Below, piece by piece: positions 14,461-28,158 of a stretch of 64,000 nt of DNA (position 1 is the stretch's first letter; the number at the start of each line of letters is the position of its first letter). Origin of the DNA: Camelus ferus (Eukaryota). The notes beneath the pieces are model-generated. The model made no database searches. It was given only the letters and a program-made list of their open reading frames with translations, and was not told the DNA's origin. The position numbers and the translations under genes are program-made. The stretch lies in NCBI RefSeq assembly GCF_009834535.1, contig NC_045696.1:64916001-64980000 (forward strand). Direction: 5' to 3'.

Positions 14461-15149
14461 AGGGTTGGGAACGGACCCCAGACGTCTGAATCCCTCTGAC
14501 CTGTATTTCCCACCGCGCCATGCTGCCTGGCCCGAGCTTGCCGCTGAGTCGAAGCTGACTGAGGTGCTGCTGTGGGAGCCCTAAACGCCTCTTCTGCAGG
14601 AAGTATTATTACCTCTTCAACTCACTCTGGTTGACTCTGCGGATTTTTCTTGGTGGATGCTATAAAAAAGATGATAGACAAAGATCACATTTTACAACAA
14701 TGGCATTTTACCTGCAGGCAATTTAGATTTGTGGTGCAGGAGGGAATTCCCCAGGCTTGCCAATTTGGATGAAAAGATCTCCTCTGGGATATAGGACAGT
14801 TTTAGGACAGGTCCAACATCGTGCAGCTCCTCTGATGTCAGGAAACTGTCATGCCTGTGCTGTCCTGTTGATTTATTTCTGGTGCCAAAAGATGTGTCTG
14901 TGAAAAGGAGGCCTTAAGACTACCTGAGAAGATTTTTCCTATGCCGAGTGAGGATGCTTTTAATACAGAAAACTATTTGGGTGCATGGAAGTGTCTACAT
15001 TTCTCCCTCTTTTTTGTCTTTAACTCCAGTTAAGTGTTCACCGTTTCTTCTTGGTCCCTTGCTTCATAGGTTTCTCCCATTTTTGTGGCTGATCATAGTA
15101 AAGGAAGAAGAGAGAAGTATCAGCATGTTAGATTTCTTTAAGAGACAAG

Positions 15150-15390
15150 TGATGATTCACAACAAGAAGAGTAAAAAGCAGAGGGTTCTGGCTTCGATGC
15201 CTGGTTCTGGCATTCATTACCTATGTGATTTAGAGCACGTGACTTAACCTCTGTAATCCTCAATTTCCTAATCTATTACAAAAAAGGTCCAATGATGGTG
15301 CCTGACTTAAGTTATGTCTGTGAGAGTTCAAAGAGATAATTTACATAAAGCATGTGATATGTGGTAAATGCTTGGTAATTGTCACCTGTG
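15150..15390 (+). mobile_element. MIR SINE
   Basis: Core gtgacttaacctctgtaatcctcaatttcctaatct. Confidence 0.65.
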
Positions 15391-18075
15391 AATGAAACTT
15401 AGGAGAGTTTGCCCATTTCTGCTGTTCCTAACTCTGGGTCCCCCATCCGTGTTAATTCTGTCTGAAAGTCAAATCTACCACACAAGCATGGCCACTTGCT
15501 GGTCACGGAACACAACACAATGTGTGCTCTTAAGTCCTTAGAACAGCCTTCAGAAGCAGGTCGTAGTTATTTAAACAATTTGACCAGAAGCAAAGCAAGC
15601 CTATGTACAAAGAAATGAAACGCTTTCTGGTTACCACACAGCTCGTTTGGAACAGGGTCAGGACACCGCTGAGAGGTCTGAAAAATGGTTTGCATTTAAA
15701 GAGGCACAGCACGGAAGGATCGCGGTCTATTAAAGAGCCCTGACTGCAGGGACTGGAAAATAGGTTGGCGTGGGGTTTCCCCTCTCTCCAGTGTTCAGCT
15801 TCTTCCTCTGTAGAACGAGATCACCCTGAAGGGCTTTTCTGGTTCTAAAATCTTCAGATTCTAGGGTTACCTTCATGTCTGAAAGAGCTCATGGTTTGCA
15901 TTCTCCAGGACTCATTCTTGAGTTGCTTGGAAGACAATGTTCACTTCAGATCTACTTCCCTGGATGATAACACAGTGTGGGCAAGATGAAGGAGCTGTGA
16001 CTCAGTGAGGTTGACTAGAGTCAAAGTCCCCTTCGTGAACAGAAATCCTTAGAGAGGCAAAGAAGTGATTTGGCTTCCGTCAAATGCTCACATCAAGCTT
16101 TCTCCTTCCTCATATTGCATGATATCCAGCGCTTACACAGGGCTTCCTTAGAGGCCTAATGATAGATCTGGATCTAGGGACAGAGAGGTCACACATTTTT
16201 CTAGAACTAAGGGGAGTCTACACGTCCTGTCATCTACTAACCCCCACTGAGCACACTCAGTCCTCAGGCCGACCTCTTCTCTCCATCCTCATCGCCACTG
16301 CCCACCTGAGGCCTTATTATACATGACAGCTCCCCACGTGGCTTCCACGACCACAGCATCACCCACTCTAATTCATCCTTCTGTATTGTTCCCCAATTCA
16401 GCTTTCTAAAATACTGCCCTCATAATTTATCCCAGGCTTAAAATCCTTCAGTTTCCCCACCTGATGCGGTGGTACCTAATGCATCCCTTCTCTGAAGTGG
16501 GTTGGGGAAGACAAACTTGTCACGTGCGTATCTTGATTTTTGTGTGTATTTAGTATTGGTCTTTTTTTAAGCATTTGAACTTTCATTTATAATATACACA
16601 TACTATGTGGAGTAGCACCTACATGTAACATAAATAATAAATATACATAAAGGGAAGCTGTAGATTTAATATTTTTTACAGATTGGAATATGATCAAGAG
16701 TTTTGAAAGCACCTGTTTAAAGGGTTAAAGTAAAACCTACTAACTGCGCTTAAAGAACCTCAACTGTCCTGGATGGGTGTTCCCCTTCTGCTGTCACCTC
16801 CAGCCACTGCGTGCACCCCCTTACGTCCCCACACCCTGGCTGCTCGCCACACGGTGTGCTTGCCTAGTCCCTGAGCACGCTCAGCCTGTGTGTCCCACTG
16901 GGCTGTCCCCCCTGCTGATGTGACTCAAAGCAAAACCGCCCTGCCTATTCAAGGCCAAGTCTAAATGTTGCTTCATCTCCAAAGCCTTTCTTAACTGCTT
17001 CTTGTCACAGAACCCACCATCCCAGGTAAAATTAGCATCCCTGCTCTGTGATTCCGTGGCGTTTTGTTTGCTCCTCTGTGACAGCGCTGTCTGTGTTCAC
17101 TGCATATGATTAGTTGTGTGTATGTCTCAGTGGTGAGGCCGTGGGTGCTGCCTTCAAGGCAGGAACTTCATCTTACTCATCTTTGTACCCAGCACCTAGT
17201 GCATCTTGGAAGTCCGTAAACTGTGTTTGAGTTATTTTAAATTTTTGTGATCATATTATAGGGAGGAATCTGGGAGGGAGGGGGCTAATGGTATGAAGAA
17301 TAAAATTGGCTCAGTACAGAAGCCCCATCCCGATGGGCATTTCACATCCTAGCTCGATTTCCCTGCCCTGCTTCTCTTGTCTTCCCAGCGCAGACTGTTT
17401 TAGTGAAGAGGATACTCTGGAAAAGAGTGTCCTTTCTTTCTACTTAGCTTTGAGGCAGCGTGAAGGTTAAGGATTGCCCATCTCAAGGTCTCTTGATTCC
17501 TGTTGGAGTGGGAGGCGGCTCAGGGCTTCAGAGACAGTGCCGTTTATGGAGCATGCTGCTGCGCTTGTCAGACTGTGTTCATTGTGGAGGGGCTGAGACG
17601 AGACTGAAAGTGGAAAGAAAGGCACTGAAGGCTGGAGGCATGATATTCCAAAGCTGTAAACAGCTTTCTTACCAATGAGGAGCTCCTCTAAAAGTCACAG
17701 ATCACAGTGGAAAATCCCAGGTGTAACTTACCTCCTTTCTGTCCACAGACCAACCCCCCTCACCTCCCCTGTGCCTGGCCCTGTGCTAGGTGCTGGGACA
17801 CAGTCGTGAATAATTCAGGGTCCTTGTCCTTGATCAGCTGTACCTAGTCCAGCAGCAGAGACAGGAGCATAAACAAACAGCTGTAACGGTGCAGGGAGTC
17901 CTCTCCTCGCCCTGCCCGAGGGAGCTGTGCAGAGGGAGTGATTAATTTTACCTTGGGGTGTCAGGGGAGGCCCCCGGGGAAGACAGCTGAGCCTGGAGGA
18001 CTGAGTTCTGGGCACAGAAGAAGGCAGTGGTTGTGCATTTCAGGCAGAAGGAACTGCATCAGCAAGGGTCTAGAG

Positions 18076-18275
18076 CAAGGGCTGGCCAATGCGTTCTGGG
18101 AAGGACCTGTTAGTCAGCATTTTAGGCCGGCTGTGGGGTCTCCGTGACAACTCCTCATCTCTGTTGTAGCACGAAAGTAGCCGGGGCAAATGTATGAATG
18201 AATGGGCATGGCTGTGTTCCAATAAAACTTTATTTGCAGAACTGGCATTGGCGGGGCTGTAGTTGCCAGCTTCTG
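18076..18275. mobile_element. hAT-Charlie MITE, MER58A-like, inserted in L2
   Basis: TIRs caagggctggccaa / ttgccagcttctg; internal ggcatggctgtgttccaataaaactttattt; 8-bp TSD GTCTAGAG at 18068-18075 and 18276-18283. Confidence 0.88.
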
Positions 18276-19520
18276 GTCTAGAGGAAGATCTTCCAAGAGA
18301 GCCTCATCGGCTGCTTCCTAATCTTTGCAAGCATTAGGATTACTTTGCGTTTGCCCCACCCATGTGCTGAAAGCTCTTTGTTTAGATTTTTCCCCATCGC
18401 TCTTCACCTTAGTCTCTGTGAAATCCACTTCTAACCATGCTATCTACAACAGCACATCCGTTCCCCGAAGCTCCATCCTTTTTCATTGCTTTCATTTACA
18501 TCATGGCACTTAGATGAAAACTCTGTTATGCAGGAATTGTTGTTTTGCTTTTCGTCTTTCCTGCTGGAATGTGAACTTCATGGCTTGTTCTCTGTTTTAA
18601 TTTACTCTGCGCTGTGCTGGAGTCCGGGATGTTCATCTCCTTCGCTCCAGTGTTGCATCCAGGGAGGTCAAACGGTAGTTTGAAATCAGCCATGGTGGGG
18701 AGATATACCTCTGTGGAAATCGGTCCCATGGAAATCAGGTTTTGGGCATTTTTTTTAAAGAGCTGTTTTACAAGCATATCACTGGTTGTCCCCTCCACCT
18801 AGAATAACCATCACAAAGTCTAGTGCTCAATAAATGCTTGTTTTTTGAATAAAATGTGCTATTAGTATCTGCTGATTGAGAAAAAAGGTGTGCACTTACA
18901 GATTCAGAGTCCTCTGGCGAGTGTTCTTCCCAGGGGTTTCCACGGCCCTCAGGTGGGTGACAGCTGATGACATCCCACACATTCACTTTGGTTTTGCTAG
19001 GCCTTGACGACATGTCTCCAGACTTCTGCGTTGTTCCGCCAGGTGCTCCTTTCTGGACATCCACTGCAGTCTCCTGAGTGAGGAGGGGCCTCAGGCCTGC
19101 ATCTCTTTTACTAAACAACGAGTATTTTTAATGAATTCCCCCAGCTCAGTGTAGTTGTAATTTTGTGTTCAAAAGTCCAGCTGCGTTCTATCCTCTTTCA
19201 AATGTCTGACTATATGCATTTCTGATTTGTCCGGGGCTTTGATTTACGGTATGTAAATGTGTCCTCGTCGGTACCCTGTGGCTGTGATTGTCAGAAGAAT
19301 ATCAGTTTCTGAACAGTTTCCCGCCCTGATAATCTGATTTTGAAACCTGCAGCAGAATGCGGCCCCGGAGCACTTGACAAGAATCCCAGTTGAACAGCCT
19401 CTTCAACCTCAGTTCCTTTAAGCAGGCAGCACTAAACCTTAACACCTAGGGTCTGTTTGTAAACCCACAGAGCCTGATTAGAAACCCCCATCAAATTACT
19501 ACACAATCCATGTTTTTTAA

Positions 19521-19646
19521 TTTTTTTTTAATTGAACTATAGTCAGTTACAAGTGTCAGGTTCTGGTGTATAGCATAATGTCCCAGTCATACATATGTAT
19601 ACGTATATTCGTTTTCATATTCTTTTTCAGTAAAATTATTACAAGG
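19521..19646 (-). mobile_element. 5'-truncated L1 3' end
   Basis: poly(T) followed by attgaactatagtcagttacaagtgtc...tcccagtcat; same family as the 11717 and 39203 copies. Confidence 0.78.
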
Positions 19647-20284
19647 TGTTTTTTTTTTTTAATTTAATTTGATTTATTTTATTGACATGTTTAACATTTA
19701 CAAAGAACTTTCCATTTTCAGGATGCCTGCTAAACGGTCTTTTCAATTCCCTTACCCAAGCACACACTCAAAAACAGAAAAGTGAACTTGTATTTAATGG
19801 CCGTCTGGCTTCTCGCAAAGCTTTTCGGACCTCAGGGCTGGAGAGGACCCTTCGTTGCTGCACTTGCGGAGGTGTCTGTGTCCTTCACAGCTGTTCTGAC
19901 CCTAGTTTTTCCGCTTCTCCCTGTTTGCTTCTGTCCAGTGATGAAAAACTCACTCTTTCCTTAGGCAGCCTGTTCTTTTTTTGAATACACTTTACAGAAA
20001 GTTGTTTTGTTTTTTTTTTTAACATGCCTCCCTGTAACATTCACCCATTGGCCCGAGTTCTCTTCCTGTGGAGCCACTGAGAACAAATTGGCCTTTTCTT
20101 GCTCGTGTCTCTTCTGTCTTCTTACTTCTGCCCTCACATCCCGAGTCCTCGCTTCCCCAGGCTGCATATCGAATGTTCATTCAGCAATTCTTCGTATGAA
20201 AGTCCTTTGTACCCTCTTTGTTTGGCTTCCTTTCCTCTGGGAATGTTCTAATTTTGCCAGTGTCTTCCTTAAAGTGACTGAACA

Positions 20285-20520
20285 GTACTGGAGAATGGCT
20301 GGGACCGTACACTGTTAGCTAGATCTGCCTCTTCGTTTACCAGTTCTGTAACCTGGGGTAAGTGACGTAGCTTCTCTGAATCTTTATAATCTCACCTGAC
20401 AAATGAGAACAAGTACCTTACACATTCAGTTGTTGTGAATACTAAATACAGTTGCAGTAAAATCATCAGGGGAGTGCCTGGTGCAAAGTAGATGGGTTCA
20501 TAATATGGTTATTCTTACTA
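20285..20520 (+). mobile_element. MIR SINE
   Basis: Core acctggggtaagtgacgtagcttctctgaatct. Confidence 0.65.
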
Positions 20521-20573
20521 TAATAAGCACTATTGATTCTCTGGACGTGGCTTCCGTAAAAAAGTTTGGATCA

Positions 20574-20908
20574 GACAGAGAAAGGCAAGTATCATATATC
20601 ACTTGTATGTGGAATCTAAAAAAATGATACCAAAGAACTTACTTATAGAACAGAAACAGACTCACAGACATAGAAAATAAATTTATGGTTACCAAAGGGG
20701 GAAAGCGAGTAGGGATAAATTAGGAGTTTGGGATTAGCAATACAAACTACTATATATAAAATAGATAATTTTATACAACAGGGTCCTACTGTATAGCACA
20801 GGGAACTATATTTAATATCTTGTAATAACCTATAGTGAAAAAGAATATATATGTATAATGAATCATTTTAGAAATTAAAACTACATTGTAAATCAGCTGT
20901 ACTTCAAT
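20574..20908 (+). mobile_element. L1 3' UTR fragment
   Basis: atcacttgtatgtggaatctaaaaaaatgatac...tatagcacagggaactata...cttcaataaa; TSD aaaaaa(g/t)tttggatca at 20558-20573 and 20909-20924. Confidence 0.85.
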
Positions 20909-21729
20909 AAAAAATTTTGGATCACTCATATTTTTCATTTTAGATTGTGGTTTACATGGGGGCACTTTCTCTAAATTTAGGTGTAAGTGTTGACTGGGCT
21001 GGCCCTAGACAAACACAGTCCAATTTTAGTACCATATATATGCACATATATAAAATATGTCAGTATCAAATGTAAATATATATGTTTCTTAACACAGTTT
21101 CCTATAACCCCTTTTCTTTGTTACCCCCACACTTCAGTAATGGATGCACAACTAGGTGCTCCTCCCCCTCCTCATCTCTTTTCTACCTCCTTGCAGCTTG
21201 CACAAGATACAGATTACGTCTTGGCTGCTCTTTGGAAAGGAAAGGACGATATTCATTCAGTATATAGGAGAGGAGTTTTGTCCTAACTCATTCGTGTGTT
21301 GGCTGGGTAACCTTGGACAAGACATTTTCTGTCTGAGCCTCAGTTTTTCTTTTTTACCTTTGACTTTGATGAAGGAGGGTATTGGATTTCAAGTTCCTTT
21401 CCAATTCTGAAATTCATTCTCTTTTCTGCAATCTAGTATTCATCTTGAGAAGTGTGATCAGGGCTCCTTGGCTCCGACTGTGTTCCGGGTTTCCAGCGTG
21501 CACCTAGGTAACCACTTCATAGCGTTGCACTCTGAGCCAGCAGGGATGTCTAGATAACTCCTTCAGGTCTCAGCTTTTCTGACTGGCTTTGAAGTCAACC
21601 CTTCTGTTGAAATTGCCACGTCATCCTGAATGGAAGCATTGTTAAACATGAGTTCCTGTGCTTTACCTTTTTTCTCACCAACCTCTTTGAAGATAAAATT
21701 TCCTACTTGCTTTTGTGACCTTTATTATT

Positions 21730-22345
21730 ATTTTTAATAAACTTTTATTTCAAAATGATTTTAAATTTATAGAAAAGCTAAGATAGTACAATGAGTTCCC
21801 ATACACCCTGTACCCAGTTTCTAATATGAACATCTTACATTCATTTGGTATATTTGTGACAATTAGTGAGTTGGTATTAATACATTATGATTAACTAAAG
21901 TCCATACTTTAGTCAGATTTCCTTTGCCTTTGCCTAGCATTCTTTTAGGTTCTAGGATCCCATCCAGGATACCACATTACATTTAGTTGTCGTATCTTCT
22001 TAAACTCCTCTTGCCTGTGACGTTTTTTCAGACTCTTTTTTTTTCAATTGATAACTTGGACAGTTTTGAGGGGTACTAGTCTTCAGTTGAGATTTGTCTG
22101 ATGTCTTTCTCAAAATTAGACTGGGGTTGTGGGTTTTGGAGAGGAAGATCACAGAGGTAAAGTGCCGTTCTCATCACGTCACATCAAGGGGACGTACTAT
22201 CAGCATGATTTATGACTGTTGACGTTAACCTCGACCACCTGGCTGAAGCAGCATCTGTTTGTCGGGTTCCTGCGCTGGGAGGTCACCCCTCCACCCTCTT
22301 TTCGTGTTGTACTCTTAGGAAAGAAGTCACTATGCACAGTCACTG
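21730..22345 (-). mobile_element. Old L1 3' end (L1MC/L1MD-like)
   Basis: ggatcccatccaggataccacattacatttagttgtc and gaggtaaagtgccgttctcatcac motifs. Confidence 0.7.
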
Positions 22346-22359
22346 GAAGCTAGTTCTTA

Positions 22360-22700
22360 TTCACCTAACTGTCCCAAGGTGGATGTTTCTAATGGCTGTT
22401 GTCTTTTTGCCACCAGTTATTCTGGGGCCCAGAATTCTCCTATTTTGTTGACATCTCCTAGGGCTTTTGTCATTTAAATCCAGCCAGCATTAAGGAAAAG
22501 AGAAGGTGGAGGAGAATGTTTGCTTTTAAAAGCCTTGGCCTGAAAATGGCACACATCACTTCCACTTAACATTCCATATGACACTCATTCATCTGCCAAA
22601 CCTAACTGCAAGCGAGGCTAGGACATATGGTCTAGCTGGGTGCCCAGGAAAAAGAGGAAATGGATTTTGGAGAAAAATCTAGCAGTATTTGCTACACCAC
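22360..22700 (-). mobile_element. Old MaLR LTR fragment (MLT1J/K-like)
   Basis: ggcacacatcacttccacttaacattcca...acctaactgcaag...tctagctgggtgcccagg motifs. Confidence 0.55.
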
Positions 22701-23370
22701 TTTAGAATACAAAAGGGAACAAACCAAACCCACATCCCCTCACCATCTAATAACATAGCCATTACTTCGTAAAAAAAGAAAAATTGGAAAAACATAATCT
22801 TAGAATCAAGGAGAATCATATAAATGGAAAACAAAATTAACTTCATAGCAAACATTGACCCCGTTTTTCTTATTTCACTGTTGACCTATGTGCGTGTGTT
22901 GAGAAAAGATACTTACCTGGGTGTCAGCACTTGAGAACCTCTGCTGTATATGATGCCTGAACCAGATTCTGCATCGTTCCCGGAGTCCGCCATGCTGTAT
23001 TTTTCTCCTCCATCCATTGCTTGTCTGGAATGCCCTTCCTCCCGTTTCTTTGCCTATGAAAATGCTACTCACTCCTCCAGTGGCAGATAAGGTGCCTTCA
23101 TCTAACCTGAAGACAGAATCAGTCCCTTGCTCTTGTGCCATTGCGTCACGCTGCTGCCACCCGTCATTTAATAGCCATCCCACACTAGTATTGCATACAC
23201 ATATGTTTCATGCATTAGACTGGGAGCTCCCTGAGGACAGCACAGGATTTATTAATCTGGTAGATCTCTAAGCATGGTCTGAAAAATAAAAAGCTTGTCT
23301 GTTGGATGCACCCAAGATGCTAGATACCCACAAAAGTGGCCTCATTTTTTAATCTCAATTTTTCTCTTTC

Positions 23371-23600
23371 TTTTTTAATTGAAGTCTAGTGGGACTTACA
23401 ATGCTGTGTTAGTTTCTGGTGTACAGCATAGTGATTCAGTTATACATATATATTCTTTTTCATATTCTTTTTTATTATAAACTTTAACAAGGTTTTGAAT
23501 ATAGTTCCCTGTGCTATACAGGAGGACCTTGTTGTTTATCTGTTCTATATATAGTAGTTAATATCTTCAAATCCCAAACTCCCAGTTAACCCCTTTCTTT
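23371..23600 (-). mobile_element. 5'-truncated L1 3' end
   Basis: ttttttaattgaagt...gtacagcatagtgattcagtta...atagttccctgtgctatacag. Confidence 0.8.
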
Positions 23601-26297
23601 CAATACAAAACATTTTCTTTTCTTTCCCTGGTCATACAGGTGATCCTCACTTATATGATAACCACATCTTCCTGGTGGCAGTGAGTTGAGCTGAGCCTGG
23701 AAAGGCTGATGGGGTTTGATAGATGCTGATACAGGTGCAGGCCTGTCAAGCAGACTGTACAGCTTTCTGTGACACATCCTGAGTTCAGGGTATTTGTTTT
23801 TTTAGTAGCTGGTCAGCTCCTTTGAAACAGCTGTAGTGTAAGACATTTCGTCTTCATAGATCATCATATAATTAAAACGCAGACTCTGAGCTCATGTTGG
23901 CACTGCTCTTGGGCGGTGGGGGTTAGTGTAAGAGCCTGATGCTCATTATCTTGGGCAGGAGTTACCAACCCGAAGTCCCAGGGTCCCAGCAGGGGGATGG
24001 CTTCACCACAGCAAAAGAAGTGTTTAATTACAGCTACAGAAAGAGGAGCAAGAAAAAAATAATCCCTTTCAGGCATTAATGATTCAGCTGCCTTGCATCC
24101 CATTACCAACCAAAATATGACTTCTTAAAGTGACTTTGTCAAGTTTATTACAAATAAAATACGAATTATAAGAGTTATCCCTTTCCTCAGTTTTTTCCTT
24201 TCCATCCTCTACTCTTATTCTGTTGGTTACTTTAGTGACTTTAAAAGCTCAATTAATGTTTTACTAAAACGTAAATCTGGAGACAGTTTGTGCGAAGAAT
24301 GTTCCCTTTATCTCGCTGACACTGTTTCCTCAATGTTCAGGGGTGAAAAATTGGACCTTAATGAGGGTTTATATTTTTAGAGGGGTTTTAAATTCATACT
24401 GTCACATGTATGTATTCACCTGAAATTCTGAGTGATTATAGTTTGCATGGGAATTATTTTTTTCCATTATACAGATAGGAAAACAGCCGCAGCTATTAAG
24501 TGACTTGCTCAGGACCCCACAGCAATTGTGGTTCAAAGCTGGGTCTCCTGACTGCACATTGGGTAAATGTGCCACGTTAGCGCCTGCCTGTCAGCCAGTT
24601 AGCCTTAATGACAGAGTCTCACATGTTCTTTTTATTTCCCCTGATTATAAAAGTGATCCTCAATTATGATAGCCAAGTCTTCCTGGAGGAGGTGATAATT
24701 TGAACTGGGTCTGGAAAGGTTGGTGAGGTTTGATAGACGGTAGGGGTATAGCTTTGTTTGTTTGTTTGTTTTTGCAGTGAGGTTAGCTAGCTGCCTGCTT
24801 CTTCGACATGTCCCTAGTAGATCCGATTGAGGAGCCCATGGAGACAGCATGTTGGCAGTGAATCCGTTCCTTGATTTCTGCCACTGAGCACAGCAGAAGA
24901 TTCTCAGGTCAAAGAGTCTTTAAGTCAAGGCTGCTCAAAGTCAACAGAGAATCATGAAAGGGACCTAAAGCTCACTTATTTTAACTTTCAGGTTTTACTG
25001 ATGAGGGAATTAAGGCCTATGAATTAAATACATTGAATTTATTTAAGCTGCAGAGATAATACATAGTTATCAATCAGAATGCCTAATTTCCAGTTTAGTT
25101 CTTTTTTCAATACCCTGCTTCCTCCTTACCAGTTTTCTTGGCATCTTTTCTTCTTCTTAAGACTGCTTTAAAGAAGACACGTTTATGTAGGCATTGCCTC
25201 ATGTTCCCAACTATGTGTGATCTAGTCATATGTGCAAAAGGCTAACCACAGACATACGTCATTGGGAGTACGTCCATTCCCAAACAGTTTAATGCACTGA
25301 ATTTTTAAATAGAATTCTTATTTAAACCTAAGCATCAATAATCATATGATTCCTATTTTTGCCTCAATTTTTATCACCAGAAGCAGCGTTTTTCTTTTCC
25401 TACTATTTTTTGTGATATAATTAGGGCTATACATGTGCTAGAATAGTCTCATTTTGCCCAACACTGAAGTAGAGACAAAGATGGTGGTGATGCTGTAGAG
25501 AATGGATTGTTGCTGGCAGCCAGTACCCCAATAAGAAAGCATTAAATATTTATATGAGCTGCTATACAAAGATCCAAATGTGCTATACAATGGTCAGTTT
25601 GATGATGTAAGTGTGTGGGGAGGTTTTAAAGAAGAGGACCACTTCTAATTCGAAATACTTACAGAAATAGGCATGGCTTGAATATTTTTGGTGGGGAGGA
25701 GCACTGGAAAAATGACTGTTGTAGTACTGGGGCTCACTCAGGTGAGGCGTTTACTGAAGGTGAAATCTGTTTCTGCATACTTTCCAGTGGCATCTCATGG
25801 CCATGGGGGTTTAGCTTTTTCCTGTGGTTCTCATCCAAGCCTGAATTTGATCAGAATTTCAAAACCCGGGAGTTTCTGATAGACAGTGGCCATTCATCAG
25901 AAATAGAAGTCTTCCAGGACATGATTCTGATTGCTGAAAGCTTAGGAATCACAGTGGCAGTTTGATCTGAACAGTGATACTAGAATGGGACCACAAACTT
26001 GGTGGCATCTTGCAGCCAGACACTAGATGTACAAGGGAGAAAAATAATTCATTTTGTAGCTCACTTCTGTATTTTCCTGATTATTATTAGCTATTTTTTA
26101 ATTTACATTAGGTTTACTGTTGCAAAATATTATGAATCAGCCTCTAGAAAGAGAAAAAAGTAAAGCTATGTTACCAAAATGACCCCTTTCCAAATAGTTA
26201 TTTCAGTATTTAAGCCACTGGCATTTATGAATGTACTTAGAGAATGTTTTTTGACAATTTGCAAGTGTGCATTATTATAAACAAAATTAAAACTTGA

Positions 26298-26434
<137 letters not shown>

Positions 26435-28095
26435 GTAAGGAACATTAGCTTCTTGCAAACCAATTACAATCAAATGTATGGCCCAGTGTATCTTAGACTT
26501 GAAGCGTGGCCAGGCTGCCTTTGAAACTGTTTAACTGCTAGGAAGTTATTATCTTTTCCTTTATTCTTTTTTGCTGTGATTACCTATAGCAAAGAGAAGG
26601 GAGAGAGAGGTTATGTACTCACTAAGAACGTAGGAGGCTCGAAGGAGTTTTAACTGGTCAGTGGACCAGAATATCCTTTCACCCATAGTTGTAGGCAGGA
26701 TGATGTTAACTATTTGTAGGAACAAGGGAGACTTTCCTGCACAAAATGGTATTTTATTCCTGGAACCAAACAGTAAACATGTTATAATAATTCTTAGAAC
26801 GTCATTTCTAGAAGACTAAAATTACTTCTCAAGATAAACATTGAATATATACATATATACATTGCGTGTTATTTTGATTGAGGGCAAAATTATTTAAAAA
26901 GAAAACTATATTAAAATATGATATTTTACAGTATATATAATAAGATAAATTACAATAGATCTGTAATTTTGCTTATAATTTTTTGAAAAAATGTAAATAT
27001 TAAAAGATTATTGATAATATCTCAGGAAATAATGTTTGACAAATTTAAATTTAGAGTTGACAAGTTTGATAACTAAACAAAATCATCAAGATCTGACAGA
27101 GTACATCTGCATTTCAGAAGAATTTTGAATACAAGTTTCAGAGTCAAGGATGATCACTCTGAATCTTTCAGCTTCTGCATAATCATATACAGATACCTGG
27201 GGGGAAATTTGTGTTATTCTAAAATTGTGTCATATTGTTCCCTAAAGTTTGTCTGTATTCACTGATAGTGGTTGAGTGCTGATCACATAGTAAATGCTCA
27301 TTAAACATATATCCAGTTGAGTTGTCTTCTGATGGATGTGATTTTGTGGTCAGACTGACATTCTACCAAACTGCATAAGATAATATAAGAAGCCTGATAC
27401 TTTATGGTAAAATATCTTTTGAAATAAAAATGAAGATCTGAGGAAAGATCTGTAATTCCTAGAGTATGAGAATGCTCTTGTCCACCCCTTCTAAATTATT
27501 CTTTGTTCACTTAATGTTACACATTACAAAATATGAATTACAGTAAAGAGACCTTGTTATAGAGAATTTTATCCTAGTTTTCTGCAAAGTAGTTGATTAG
27601 CTTATTGTGGTTTGCACTGTTGGTTTGCATTTGTGGGAATGCATTCTTTAAATGATTTAAGTTTCTAACTAACTGAGTACAGAAGAATGAGGATGCTTTC
27701 CTCTCCATGTCAAATTTTCACGTATTGCATCTGTACTTGAATGTAGATTTAGCGAAGCTACAGGTATATACGGAAAGAATCAAGGATGTTGCTTAGCTGT
27801 GTCACTCGTGCTATCTTGAGATACCCTTCAGTCTGGTTTCTTTTTCTATAAAATCAGGTGACTGGAGATGATAATATGCTCTGGTCAGCACCATTCACCC
27901 AACTTAGAAAAATTGGAAATTGATGAAGATTGATTCAATCTTCAAGTAAAGCCAAATAGCCATGCTCAGCACAGGATGCAGCTGTAACCCAGAAAGCTAT
28001 CCTGCAGCTGCATAACATTTATCCTGGGGCCGTGGTAGAAGGGTGAGGGTCAAAGTGTGGGGTCAGCTACACAAATCCTTCCTTCCCTGCTTTTA

Positions 28096-28158
28096 TTTTT
28101 TTTTAACATTTTTTATTGATTTATAATCATTTTACAATGTTGTGTCAAATTCCAGTGT
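28096..28158 (-). mobile_element. Very young 63-bp 5'-truncated L1 3' end with a perfect TSD
   Basis: Minus strand acactggaatttgacacaacattgtaaaatgattataaatcaataaaaaatgtt + poly(A); identical flanks ttccttccctgctttta at 28079-28095 and 28159-28175. Confidence 0.88.
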
